IMG/VR virus record: IMGVR_UViG_3300024999_000052
DNA from: an uncultured virus (IMG/VR IMGVR_UViG_3300024999_000052)
Lineage: Duplodnaviria > Heunggongvirae > Uroviricota > Caudoviricetes
Strand: one strand, 5' to 3'
DNA length: 56,022 nucleotides
The notes under the pieces were generated by a model. That model was not told the DNA's origin and searched no databases. It worked only from the letters and a program-made list of their open reading frames with translations. The position numbers and the translations under genes were made by a program. Within the stretch, counting starts at the first letter, position 1; every line of letters begins with the position of its first letter. Below, one piece after another: positions 31,203 through 43,466 of this stretch.

Positions 31203-31670
31203 TTATAAGGAGGAATAAATTATGTTTGCTGTATTAATTATTGTATCTGTGAATGTATTTATAGCATATCGTTGGATTAAGAATAATCCAAATGGGTATA
31301 CGGGGAATAAAAGAAGAGGGAGATGTGTATAAAATGATTCATATGGATTACTATGGAAGGTGTAACGAGAAACAAATATTATGCCAAATGTGTAAAAGAA
31401 TTGAAGATAGTATGTTTGACTCTTGTAAAAGTAAAACAGAATTTGAACGAGATTTATTTCTTAAAATTAGTGGTATTAAACTAAATTGTAAATATCGCGG
31501 TACTGCTTATGATGAATATACTCTATTTGATACTTGTAATAAAAAAGGAAACTGTGTTGGTAGGAACGCAGATGATTGTATCCCTACTTTAGAATGCGAA
31601 AAATATTGCAACCAAAAAGAAGATTTAGTTTAATGAAAATCAATTTAAGTGCTAAAGGAAGTGATTAATT

Positions 31671-31923
31671 ATGTGTTATGGAACTTGTAGTTTTGAAGAG
31701 TATATGGGTGAATGCGGTGTCTATGGAATTAGTAATCAAATAAAAATTGAGTTAGGTTTTACTCCTTGCTTTATTGGTGGACATGTGACATGCGAAGAAG
31801 ATGGATATTATCAAGAATTATCAAGAATTATTAAAACAAGGTAAAATTGTAGAGTTGAACGAAAATGTATGGAGTATGAGATTCCCTGTAAAGGTTGTCA
31901 TGGCAGGATTTATGAATATGTAA
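31671..31923 (+). pseudogene. Cys-rich small ORF frameshifted by a 10-bp tandem duplication
   Basis: ATTATCAAGA occurs twice at 31807-31826; removing one copy opens the frame to the TAA at 31921-31923. Confidence 0.5.
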
Positions 31924-31936
31924 GAATATAAGGAGG

Positions 31937-32029
31937 TTACTTACTCAAATAACAAATCAATATACCAACAAATGGAGTAGCAATAACTATCAAACCCAAA
32001 ATTATAATCACAATTCTTTTAATATTCAT
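31937..32029 (-). CDS. 30-aa hydrophobic peptide, possibly type I toxin-like
   Basis: MNIKRIVIIILGLIVIATPFVGILICYLSK; G/T-rich on the minus strand; RBS is distant. Confidence 0.4.
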   Translation of the reverse strand: MNIKRIVIIILGLIVIATPFVGILICYLSK

Positions 32030-32178
32030 AATATTTTATACTCTAATTCCCTTCTATTTTTAATTAAAAAGACCCTGCCTAAGAGCAAGGTTGATGGTAG
32101 GACGAGCGAATTTAGTTAACAAAGTTAATATATCCAATTAACCAATTATTATGCAAAGAAGAAAGTAGGAATTAAATT

Positions 32179-33289
32179 ATGACAAATAGAGATATTCTAA
32201 TCATGATTGCTATATCAAATGTTGCAACTGAACTCATAGAAGATGGAATGTTAACTAAAGAAGAATGTACTAATTGTCTGGAAGGATGTAATTTTGAACA
32301 AATGATAAAAAGTCTTGAATTAAGCAATGAAGATGCTGTTAAGGAGTTGAAAATCATTTTATTAAAATATGGGAATATAATAAGAGAGGAGCAAAACAAA
32401 TAATGAAATGCATAAAAGAAAATTGTAGAATGCCATATATGTCAGGAAATACAGGATTTTGTCATGAACTTGAAACCTTTATCTTTGGTGAAAATCCAGA
32501 ATGTCCTTTACCAGATAAGATTATGCAAATGGAAAAACAATTGAGAGAATATAATTGTATTATGGATAAGGTTATTGTTTTTCATGCGAAAAATAGTGAT
32601 GGAAAGGTGATTAAATTAATGAATGATGCAATACAGTATAAATGCCCAAAATGCAATAAGTACGAAGATGCAAAATTATGGGATGAAGAAACATCAAAAC
32701 ACTATGATGAAAGTGAATTAAAATATGTTCTTTCCATTGAAACAGATGATAAGAATAGTTGTGAATTTTATTGTCCTAATTGTAAATCTTTTGTAAATGG
32801 TAAGAATATATGGATTGATGTTGACGAAGAAAAAGTAGGTGTAACTAGAATATTAAAAATATCTAAAATTATTGTTAATATATTACCCAAGGATTGTATG
32901 TCATGTACTTTACATGAAGATGAATATTGCAAGATTAAGGGTAATGTGACTGGTTCGGAATGGATTGATCTATATTCTGATTCTAGAGATGGTGATTGTC
33001 CGTTAGAGGTTAAATAATTATTTAAAAATGTAATGTCTTGTATTGTGTGGGAAAGGAATGAAGTATTAATATGATGAAACCATTTATTGAACTTATAACT
33101 TGCGAATCAGGAGATTTTGAAGTATTGCAAATAAATCTTGGTGAAGATTTTATAAGAGAAGGGCATAGAATTTCAAATGAAGATTGGATTAGATTATTAA
33201 AGGAGTTAGGTTATCCAGTTACTGAGAAATGTTTGTCAGATGAAAATATGGAATATGGTGATTATAATGTAGAAGGGATTGATAAATAA
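32179..33289 (+). CDS. Three hypothetical ORFs, the middle one Cys-rich
   Basis: ORF track 32179-32403, 32403-33017, 33071-33289. Confidence 0.65.
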
Positions 33290-33290
33290 A

Positions 33291-33538
33291 ATGATTAGTA
33301 TTGAAGATTTTGAAACAAATATGATTTATCGACATTATAAAAAGGCAAATACTATTATGTGATGGATATCGCTCTAAATACAGAAACAAATGAATTTATG
33401 GTTGTGTATCATGCTTTATATGGTGATTATGAAACCTATGTAAGACCATTTTCAATGTTTGTTGAAAAATTAAATGAAGTAGAAGAGTTAATGTATAATC
33501 AAAAATATAGATTTGTACCTGTGACTATGGCAAATTAA
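33291..33538 (+). pseudogene. DUF1653-family protein frameshifted in an A5 run (33339-33343)
   Basis: IYRHYK followed in another frame by GKYYYVMDIALNTETNEFMVVYHALYGDYETYVRPFSMF..QKYRF. Confidence 0.8.
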
Positions 33539-33552
33539 GGAGGAAGTAAGAA

Positions 33553-34999
33553 ATGCTAGAAAATAAATTTCCAATCTATAAGTTTTATGCAAATTGGGAT
33601 CAAGATGATTTTAAGAATAATGTTTCTGATTATTTTATTATGTATAAGAAGAATCCGTCAGCAAATCAATTAGAAGAAGAATTAGAGAAATTAAAATTAG
33701 GTATTTTATCAAGACACAATGATGTTATATTTAGAAATATTGAATATGAGTTTGTCGAGGAAGAAACTTGGTGTTTAGGATGGTTTAATCATTACACGTT
33801 TAACGAATTTGAAAATGATTCTGATGTTGAGAGAAGTTTTGAATATTTTGTTAGAAGAAAGAAATTATTAGGCGAAGGTAAGTATTGTCTTATGGGTGCA
33901 GAGGATAGGTATAGATGGAATATTTGTAGATGTGAACATTGTAAAAAGTTAGGGAAGATTACGATTGATCATTGAGATACAAAAAAGAGAAGATTGAAGC
34001 TAATTAGAAGAAAAGGAGTTGTATTGTGCCAAGAACTATAGATTTTGCTAAATGCCCTAGTTGTGGTAAGAAATTTGAACCAAGATTCAAGAATTATTGG
34101 ATGTCATCTACTTTTGGAGAATATTCATTCGATTATACTACTTATATATGTGAAGATTGTGGAACTAAGTTTAATATGACTGTTAAAAAGTAAACCGTGT
34201 TTAATACGAAAATAATAAAATAAGTTTGTGAATTCCAAGGAAAGGAGAAAATATGAAAAATTAATATGTGCTTCATTAATTACAGTTTTTCTACTGACTG
34301 GATGCGGATCTTATAAAGGTGATGTAATAGAGCAGAAAATGGTAATGACTCAAGTGATAAGCAAAGATAACAGATGGAATGCAGCAACTAAATCTACTCA
34401 TTATTATGTAACTGTAAAATATGAAAATCTAGAAGTAGAATTAGATAGCTGTAAACTATATAATATTTTAAATCCAAACGATGATCTGCAATTAGTGTAC
34501 AGTAAGTATAAAAATAGTGATGGGTATTTAGTAGAATTGGAATTGCCATAAGAAAGGAGATTATATGGATGACTTTGAAAGAATAAAATTCGATGGAGAC
34601 AAACATATTTATGGTCTTTATAAAACACATAAACTTAAAAATAATCAAACAATAGGAATCTATTTTTGGAAACATGAACTAAGTAAATCTAATGACTATG
34701 TAATCTTATTAGTAATTGCAAATAAAAAGAAACATCTTAGACAATTAATATTAGGTGAGAAGGATATATTAACTGACCATGAAACTGGAAAATGTGGATT
34801 AGAAGGATTACTATGGGGCAAGAATCAGATTATTGAATTTGAGAAATCAGTTTATTGTAAAGATGGAGATTTTATTAGTGTTTATTGGACAGATAATAGA
34901 AGAAGAGACGCATATGAACATGGGTTAAGGAAATTAGGATTTGTGATGGGATTTAGGGATGGTAGGAAATGTTTAAGTAAGAAGATTGTAAAGGATTAA
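33553..34999 (+). CDS. Hypothetical proteins, including a lipoprotein (34228-34551, LTGC lipobox)
   Basis: ORF track; lipobox motif. Confidence 0.65.
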
Positions 35000-35023
35000 T
35001 TTTAAATCAATAAATAAAATTAT

Positions 35024-35053
35024 TTGACAAACATATCTCTCTTATGTTATTAT
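35024..35053 (+). promoter_or_regulatory. Sigma-A promoter of the ligase operon
   Basis: TTGACA-18nt-TATTAT with extended TG. Confidence 0.65.
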
Positions 35054-35100
35054 TAATGTAATATAAAAGATATATAAATTTAAGAAAGAAGGAATAAGAA

Positions 35101-36372
35101 ATGGAAAAAGTATTGGCGATTGTAGAACAACTTCAAGCGACTAGTGGTAGGAATGATAAGGAAGCAATCTTGTTGGAGAATAAGGATAACGATTTGTTTA
35201 AGGACATAATGAAATTTGTTTATGATCCATTTATCTTGACAGGTTTAAGTAAAAAGAAAATCAGTAAAAAATTAAAACTTCCAAAAGAACTATCAACACT
35301 CTCAACCATTGAAATCATGGATTATCTTAAAGTACATAATTCAGGTAGGGATGAAGACATTGTATTTGTACAGCATTTCATTCAATCACAATCAGAAAAT
35401 CTAAGAGACTTTTATACTAAAATTGTTTCTAAGGATTTAACATTGGGCCTTACAGAAGGTACTCTAAATAAAGTATATGGTGAGGGATTTATAAAAACAT
35501 TCAGTGTAATGTTAGCTAAGAAATTTGAGGAGCATCAGCATAAAATTAAAGGTGATTTTGTTGTGAGTGAGAAGAAGGATGGAAATCGTGTTGTAGTAAT
35601 TAAAGATAATGGGATTATTAAATCTTTCAGCAGACAGGGAAAACCATATGAAGGACTTCAAGAAATTGAATCAGATATTCTTGGTTTACCAATAGACAAT
35701 ATTGTTTTTGATGGAGAATTGATTGCAGATATTCAGGGCAGTACAATTGAAGTTTATGCAGAAACAACTTCTAAAGCAAGAAGCAAAGGAAGTAATAAAA
35801 CTGGATTAGTATTTCATATTTTTGATGTATTAGACCTTAAAGAATTTCAAAATAGTAAATCTTTAAGTAAATGTGTGGCGAGAAAATCAAGGTTGAGTAA
35901 TATATTTGAAACATATGATCTTCCACATTGCAGAGAAGTTAAATCTTTATATATTGGAAAAGATTTAAGCGAAGTAGGAAAATGGATGTCTTGGGCAACA
36001 GAACAAGGGTTAGAAGGATTAATGGTTAATATGGATATGCCTTACGTTTGTAAAAGAAGTGATGTAATATTAAAAGTTAAAGTGATGTCTACGTGTGATA
36101 TTAAGGTAATTGGATTTGAAGAAGGCACAGGTAAATATAAGGGCAAATTAGGAGCTTTGGTTGTAGATTACAAGGGTTATAGTTGTGGTGTAGGGTCAGG
36201 ATTTACAGATGTTGATAGAGAATATATTTGGAACAATCAAGAAGAGTATCTTAATCGTGTAGTAGAAATACAATATTTTGAGGAAAGTAAAAATCAGCAA
36301 GGTGGAATTAGTTTAAGATTTCCAGTGTTTAAGAAGTTGAGATTAGATAAGAATGAGCCAAGTTATAATTAA
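35101..36372 (+). CDS. lig: ATP-dependent DNA ligase
   Basis: EKKDGNR (motif I), FDGEL, FHIFD, EGLMV, LKVK, VGSGF and SLRFPVF motifs. Confidence 0.95.
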   Translation: MEKVLAIVEQLQATSGRNDKEAILLENKDNDLFKDIMKFVYDPFILTGLSKKKISKKLKLPKELSTLSTIEIMDYLKVHNSGRDEDIVFVQHFIQSQSENLRDFYTKIVSKDLTLGLTEGTLNKVYGEGFIKTFSVMLAKKFEEHQHKIKGDFVVSEKKDGNRVVVIKDNGIIKSFSRQGKPYEGLQEIESDILGLPIDNIVFDGELIADIQGSTIEVYAETTSKARSKGSNKTGLVFHIFDVLDLKEFQNSKSLSKCVARKSRLSNIFETYDLPHCREVKSLYIGKDLSEVGKWMSWATEQGLEGLMVNMDMPYVCKRSDVILKVKVMSTCDIKVIGFEEGTGKYKGKLGALVVDYKGYSCGVGSGFTDVDREYIWNNQEEYLNRVVEIQYFEESKNQQGGISLRFPVFKKLRLDKNEPSYN

Positions 36373-36386
36373 GAAAGGAGCATTAA

Positions 36387-38153
36387 ATGGCAAGGAAAAC
36401 AACTCACGAAGAATATGTTTTAAAAGTAAGACAAGTTAATGAAAATATTATTGTCTTAGATAAATATAATGGTAATCATACTCCTATTAGACATCAATGT
36501 GAATGTGGTAATGATGAATGGTATGCACAACCATCTAATGTATTAAATAATAGAACTTGTAAATTATGTGCGACGAAAAGAGTTTCTGAGGGTCAAGTTA
36601 AAAAACATGAAGATTATGTTGAAGAATTACATATTTTTAATCCTAACATTTTCGTTTTAGAGAATTATTTAGGTGCTAGAATAAAAATAAAACATCAATG
36701 TGAGTGTGGTAATAAGAATTGGTATGCTTCTCCTTCAAATGTATTAAAGGGGAGAAGGTGTAAAATATGTGGAACTAGTAGATTTATAAAAGCAAAGACA
36801 AGAACAAATGAAGAATTCACAAATGAAGTTTATAATTTGGTTGGAAACGAATATACTCCATTAGAACCATATGTATTAGTCACAGAATATATTAAAATGA
36901 GACACAATATATGTGGTCACGAGTGGGACATAATCCCAATCAGTTTCCTTGTTGGAACAAGATGCCCTCAATGCGCTAATGAAAGATGCGAAAGTATAAT
37001 AGCAATTACTTTAAAGCAAGTTTTGAAATATTATTATCCAAATACTAAATGGGAGTATGATATTGGATTTAAAGGTTTTAACGGAGGAAGAAGTGCTTAC
37101 GATATTTATGTTCCAGAATTGAATTTATTGATCGAATGCCAATCTGAATATCATGATGATATAGAAAAACAAAAACTTGATTTAGTAAAGAAAAATTACG
37201 CAATTAAAAGTGGATATGAATATATGGCTATAGACAAAAGAAATTATACTCAATTAGGAGCAATACGTTTATTTTTCCCAAAAGTAGATAGTGTGCCAGA
37301 TTGGGTAGATACTTCAATGAGACATATAAAAAGTTCTTGGGATGTTAAAAAGGCACAAAATTTACTTAATGAGGGATATACAATACCAGAAATTGGAGAA
37401 ATATTGCAAGTTTCTTATTCTTTATTACAATCTGGTGTGGAAAGAAAATCATTAATTAAACCAGATAATTATAAGATTAAACAAGTAAAGCAAAGAAAAA
37501 ATATTATCCAGTTAGATTTAGAAGGTAATTTTATAAAAGAATTTAATGGATTAACTTTAATAGAAGGTTTTACTGCGACAAATATTTCTGCATGTTGTAG
37601 AGGAAAAGATAAGTCGTATAAAGGTTTTAGATGGATGTTTGCAGTAGATTATTACAATAATATAAATGATATAAAACCATATAAAGAGATTGTTAAACAA
37701 ACACCAAGACCTGTAGTGCAATTGTCTAACGATAATAGATTGATAGCAAAATATACTAATATGAGTAATATAGAAGGGTTTAACAAGTCTGGAATATGGA
37801 ATTGTTGTAATAATAAAAAGAAAACATATAAAAGTTATAAATGGATGTATTTAGAAGATTATGAACAAAAATATAAAGAAGAAAAGAAAGAAGGAATGGT
37901 TGGAATGAATAGTCTTGAAGGTAAAACATTCGTTGTCACAGGTAAAGTTACCACATTCAAAAATAGAGATGAAGTAGGAGAATTAATAACTTCTCTTGGT
38001 GGTATCTTATCGGGTTCAGTAAGCAAAAACACTTCTTATCTTCTAAATAATGACATTACTTCAACAACTGGCAAAAATAAAAAAGCGCAAGATTTAGGGA
38101 TACCAATTATTTCAGAAATACAATTTAATGAAATGATAGGAAGAGTAGTATGA
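36387..38153 (+). CDS. Homing-endonuclease-like protein fused in frame to a C-terminal BRCT domain
   Basis: HQCECG zinc repeats; YDIYVPELNLLIECQSEYHD; two NUMOD1-like ..YK.(F/Y).WM units; then LEGKTFVVTG..GG..SVSKNTSYL..K.KKA..LGIPII. Confidence 0.8.
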   Translation: MARKTTHEEYVLKVRQVNENIIVLDKYNGNHTPIRHQCECGNDEWYAQPSNVLNNRTCKLCATKRVSEGQVKKHEDYVEELHIFNPNIFVLENYLGARIKIKHQCECGNKNWYASPSNVLKGRRCKICGTSRFIKAKTRTNEEFTNEVYNLVGNEYTPLEPYVLVTEYIKMRHNICGHEWDIIPISFLVGTRCPQCANERCESIIAITLKQVLKYYYPNTKWEYDIGFKGFNGGRSAYDIYVPELNLLIECQSEYHDDIEKQKLDLVKKNYAIKSGYEYMAIDKRNYTQLGAIRLFFPKVDSVPDWVDTSMRHIKSSWDVKKAQNLLNEGYTIPEIGEILQVSYSLLQSGVERKSLIKPDNYKIKQVKQRKNIIQLDLEGNFIKEFNGLTLIEGFTATNISACCRGKDKSYKGFRWMFAVDYYNNINDIKPYKEIVKQTPRPVVQLSNDNRLIAKYTNMSNIEGFNKSGIWNCCNNKKKTYKSYKWMYLEDYEQKYKEEKKEGMVGMNSLEGKTFVVTGKVTTFKNRDEVGELITSLGGILSGSVSKNTSYLLNNDITSTTGKNKKAQDLGIPIISEIQFNEMIGRVV

Positions 38154-38563
38154 TACTAAAAGAAGAAAAACGCAATTTATTTGAAGTAGACGATAAATAC
38201 TATCTTGCTCATTGTATCTCAGAGGATTGTGCTATGGGAGCAGGTATAGCAGTAGAGTTTCAAAAGAAATTTAAACTTAGAAATAAACTACTTCAATGCA
38301 ATCCTGAATATCCAATGTGTATTCAAATTGGCAGAGTTTTTAATCTGATTACTAAAGCAAAATATTGGAATAAACCTACTTATTTGTCTCTTGAACGTGC
38401 GTTATATATGATGAGGGATTTAGCAATAGAGAACGATATTAAATTTATTGCTATGCCAAAGGTAGGATGTGGACTTGATAGATTACAGTGGGGTTTAGTT
38501 AGGAATAACATAGAGTTTGTTTTTAAAGATGCAGACATTGAAATATTGGTGTGTCATTTGTAA
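38150..38563 (+). CDS. Macrodomain protein, Poa1p/TARG1(OARD1)-like ADP-ribose glycohydrolase
   Basis: AHCISEDCAMGAGIA, FNLITK, KPTY and MPKVGCGLDRLQW motifs. Confidence 0.85.
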   Translation: MILKEEKRNLFEVDDKYYLAHCISEDCAMGAGIAVEFQKKFKLRNKLLQCNPEYPMCIQIGRVFNLITKAKYWNKPTYLSLERALYMMRDLAIENDIKFIAMPKVGCGLDRLQWGLVRNNIEFVFKDADIEILVCHL

Positions 38564-38591
38564 TAAATTGAAAAGATTTTATAAAAGTTGT

Positions 38592-38629
38592 AATCTGCAA
38601 ATTGTTATTTACATAATAGTTTGCAGATT
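38592..38629. terminator. Hairpin / probable terminator
   Basis: AATCTGCAAATTGTTAT..ATAATAGTTTGCAGATT. Confidence 0.6.
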
Positions 38630-38662
38630 AGATAAATAAAAATAAAGGAGATAATAAATTAA

Positions 38663-39526
38663 TTGACAAGAGAAGAAAGAAAACAATATAATTATTGGCT
38701 TAATCGGAGAGAAATTAATGGTAAAATTGAAAAAAGATGTTCTATGTGTGAGAAATGGAAAGAAGATGTAATAGATAACTTTTACATGATAAATAAATCC
38801 AGACCAGAATCAGGGTTGACTCCTGCTTGTAGAATTTGTATCACTGCTAAATCAATTGCTCATAGACTTTTGAATGTTGAAAGATCAAGACAAAGTATTC
38901 GAGATCATTATTATAAGAACAAAGAGACATATAATACTAGAGCAAAATCTTATAAGAAAGATCATAGAGAAAAGATAATTAGTGATTACAAAGAATGGAT
39001 TAAGAACAATCCTGAAAAAGTGAGAATATATGGTCTTACTCATCGAATCCATGAAATAACTGATGAAGAATGGAATAATTGTTTAAAGTATTTCAAATAT
39101 AAGTGTGCTTATTGTGGGATTTCTCAAGAAGAACATCTGAAAATACATAAACAAAAATTACATAAAGAACATGCAGACGATGATGGTGCAAATGACCTAC
39201 GAAATGCTATACCATCATGTAGACTTTGTAATAGCGGTAAACACATAAGTGATATGGAAGAGTGGTATCTAAAACAAGAATTCTTTTCTGACAAAAGATA
39301 TAATAAAATTATTCGTTGGATAGAGGAAGAATTTAAGAAATATATAGAAGATAGGCCTCCTTATAGAATAATCAAGAAGCGTAACGAAGACAATAGGAAG
39401 TTTCATCATGAATTATGGAGTGTTGATCAGTATAGAAATATGGTAGAATTAATCGCTATTAAAGTAAAGAAAAGCGACTTAGAGAAAGATGTTAAAACAT
39501 ATTTAGACACTATTAATATCCCATAA
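38663..39526 (+). CDS. HNH endonuclease
   Basis: CAYCG..LHKEH..N..PSCRLCNSGK; N-terminal CSMC..CRIC. Confidence 0.8.
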   Translation: MTREERKQYNYWLNRREINGKIEKRCSMCEKWKEDVIDNFYMINKSRPESGLTPACRICITAKSIAHRLLNVERSRQSIRDHYYKNKETYNTRAKSYKKDHREKIISDYKEWIKNNPEKVRIYGLTHRIHEITDEEWNNCLKYFKYKCAYCGISQEEHLKIHKQKLHKEHADDDGANDLRNAIPSCRLCNSGKHISDMEEWYLKQEFFSDKRYNKIIRWIEEEFKKYIEDRPPYRIIKKRNEDNRKFHHELWSVDQYRNMVELIAIKVKKSDLEKDVKTYLDTINIP

Positions 39527-39553
39527 GCTATCGAATTTATAGGAGGAATACAA

Positions 39554-42500
39554 ATGAGAAGTTATCTTGATATTATTATTGATTTAAAAGATGGTAAAAG
39601 ACCAGATTATGAAGAAGTAAGACTTGCTTGTATTATGGCTCAAAATCTGCTTTTCTTTGCAGATAAAAGCATAGAAATGCTTACTGGATACTGTACTGAC
39701 AAAGAGAAAACTGATTTACAGTCTAAATTAGCAATTAAATCTTATGAAGATAGATTTTATGCAAAGAAGAAATCTCCAGATGAGTGGTTGGGAAGTTATC
39801 ATCCAGATAATCCTGAGCAAAAGAAATCTATGGAAGTTAGTAATAAAATATTTAATAATTATATAAAAAATAAAGGAAATATATAATTAAAAACCAATTC
39901 AATTGGATTAAGGAGGAATTAAAAATGGATTTTGAAAATATGACAAGAGAACAATTGTTGGAGGTATTAAAAGAAAGTTATATGAAATTAATTCGTCCAA
40001 TACCCCCATAGTCCAAAGTTTAAAGTTGGCAACTATTATATGGGCGAGCAAACAGATGATGAAGAGATAGAAATATATGGAGATGAAATTACATTATATT
40101 TAACATTTGATGAAACAGATAAATATTTTAGAGAGTAATTCTAGAAAATACCAATTTGGTTGGATAAAAGAAAGGAATGATTAAAATGAAGAAATTAATT
40201 ATGTTTGGTCTATTAATATGCGTTTCAGTGGGCTTGGTAGGATGCAATTTTGATTCGAATTCAAAACAGGTTTCAAAAGAAAATAGTAAATTGGTTAATA
40301 TTTCTGGATTAATAAGTTATGACGTTGATACTAGAATTATGTATTATTATTTTAGAGATTCAGGTTATCAAGAGGGATTTGGGTTCATGTCTCCTTACAT
40401 ATCAGAGAATGGAAATTTTTGCAAATATGATGTTAATGAAAGAAAAATAATTGAGATTAAAAAATAGATATAAAAAAGGAGAAATAAACAATGACAAAAA
40501 CAGATATTTTACTTTATGGAGCATTGATTGAAAGTGATATGTATAGTGATGGATATGGTTCAACAGATGAGGATACGGAATTATTACAAAAGGCATTAAA
40601 GAAAATATATGGTGTCACAGAAGGGGATTCTAGAGATGTTTTAGAGAAAGCAGAAGAACAAATGAAAAGTGATTTAGTGAGTTTGGTTGTAGAGTTTAGA
40701 GGTAAGATGTCAGAGTATTTAGGAGAGGAAGAATAAAGATATGAAATTTGAAGTAAGCACTAGGATAAAAATTATAAAATTATCTGATTCAGATCCTAAA
40801 TATCTATTGCATAAAACTGGCATAATTATTGATATTATAAAAGATGATTATCCTTATAAAATATTATTTGACGATGAAAAAGCAAATTGTTTAGGGTTGA
40901 CTCTTTGGAAAGAAGACGAATTGGAATTAATTAATTCAGAAGAAATTCCTTTATATCCATTTGATCTTCCAAATGATAGAAATATTTCAGATGCTTTTTA
41001 TTACTTGAAATCAAAAGGAGTTACACCAGAACTGTATGAAAAATTGTGGGATATGTGGAAGTAAATTAGAGGAACTATTTGAAGGTGGTATTTAAAGAAA
41101 AATGAGAATTACTGATGGTAGTATTTGTGCGGGTTGTTATAACTTTGATCATACTTGTTTTAACGAAGGGTGTATGGAGAATTGTAATTGTGAAGATAAA
41201 GAAGTAACGATATTTTTTATGGGTTAGATGATACTGAGTTTGATGTAATAATCAAGAAATGTAAATGTTTTAAAGAATAGGTATAAAATTTATAAATTTA
41301 TTCTAGAAAGGAGCACTTATAACATTGATTATTTATCCAGATAGAGACTACTCACACATTTTATTATCTCAAGGAAGGCAATGTGGAAAAACCAATATGT
41401 ATCTTGCTATTTTAGAAGCAGTTATGGAAAGTAAATTAACTAATAAACCTGTAAAAATAAGTTTTGGTATGCGATTAATAAGAGTAGAAGATTTATAGGA
41501 GGAAAATATAAATGAATTTAGAAGATAAAATTAGTGAATTAAGAATGGCACTAGAATGTCTAAAAGATGAGTATATTCAATATGTTGATAATGCCTGTCA
41601 TTGTGATGAATATGATGGTGGTGAAGAATGTCCATATTGCTATGCTAAAAGAGTATTAAAAGAAACAGAGTAAAATATAAAGAAAGAAGGAATGAACAAA
41701 TGAAAAAGATTTTATTAATTGGAGTATTAGGACTATGTACATTAGGATTAACTGGTTGTAATTTTACAGCAAAACATTTTGGAGGAAAAATTAATATTGA
41801 ATTACCTAAAAATCAAAAATTAGTTGAAGCTACTTGGAAGGATGATTCTTTATGGTATTTGACAAAACCAATGAGAGTAGGGGATGTAGTTGAAACATAT
41901 ACTTTCCAAGAAGACAGTAATTTTGGAGCATTAGAGGGTAAAGTAATATTCAAAGAGAGTATACAAGAAGGAGAGTTAAATGGTAAATAATCCAGCAAAA
42001 GAACATTTTAAAATAAATCAAATTTAAAGGAGAGATAAATTATGATTAATCAAATTAAAAATGACATCATCAAAACCTTAGACAAATATAAAGATAACCT
42101 TTGGTATGTCAAAGTAAGTGGTTGTAGTTATGGAGATCCTTATGATGGAGACAATAGACGTTATGATTGGTCAAAAGAAGATATTTATGTTGGAAGTAAA
42201 AATGATGTAGAAAAAGTTATTAATTTACAACATATGTCACCTAAAATTGAACAATTTGATTTCAATAAACATAATATTGTGGAAATGATAGATGCGAAAG
42301 AAGAATATAAAAAGATTTATGTTCCTAAAATGGGTGGAGATATTGTATTATATCAAGGCGAAGAGTGTAGAGTGAGTGGGTTCTCTGGTATGAATGCATG
42401 GGTTAATTTCAAAGGTGAAGGAATTTTATTGAATGAAGACGAAACTAAGAAACTTAAACTAATCAAAAGTAAATATTGGGGAGAAAATTAAGAATAGATT

Positions 42501-43466
42501 AAATTGCATTAGAAAGGAAGTATATAAATTATGAGTGTAGATTATTATTCATGTGATTGTTGTGAAGAAAGTGTTTATGAGGAATTCGTAAAACATTGTG
42601 AAAAGTGTGGACATAATATTTGTACAGAATGTGTAGTAAATGATGATATCGATTCAGAATATGCAAGTAGATATCGTATTAAATTTGATGGTTCTGATGA
42701 GCAAAAAGAGGAGTATGGAATTACACAAGAAAATATAGATAATGGATATTTTAAAATCGGAGAACCAATTCAGGACACTGTCATTGATCCAAAATACTGT
42801 CCATTCTGTAATTGTGAAATGATTCATAATGACGATTTATTAGATTATTTATTGAACAAATATAATTTATCTAAAGATAAGATTAAAAGAGAATACTTAG
42901 GAAGAAAGGAAATTGTAAAATGAAAATTGTAAAAAATCTTATACATAATAGAGAGCCAATTTATATCGTAAAAATGTCCGGAGATTATAATGGCTGAGTC
43001 AGTATTTAATGAAATTGCAGAATGTTTGTTAGAAATTGATAAATTGGTTGGAAGGGACTATGTGAATGGGGATTATGGATATGAATATGTAGAACAACAT
43101 ATTAGAAAGTTACAAAAACAATATAAAATGTATTTTGATTATCCTTTAGGAGATACTGCTTCTGATGCACCGATTCATAGTTTGGATATTCAATTTATTG
43201 ATATCGATGGTCGAATATATGATGTTATTTTAGAAGATTAAAGGGGGAATTAATTTATGAGAACTTATTTTGCAACATTGACGAGATTAAATACAAATAA
43301 TGTTCCCGTGGGTACTAAAATTATAAAAACAAAATCTAAGAACAAAACAAATGCAGAAGATAATGTTCTTGAGTATGTAAGATGTTACAATACTTTTCAT
43401 GTAGGTGATGATAGTTATCTACTCAATGGAACGTATTATACATTAAATGAAATAGAGTTAGTTTAA
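39554..43466 (+). other. Array of small hypothetical ORFs, including two lipoproteins (40177-40467 LVGC; 41700-41990 LTGC)
   Basis: Co-oriented ORFs, each with an RBS. Confidence 0.65.
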
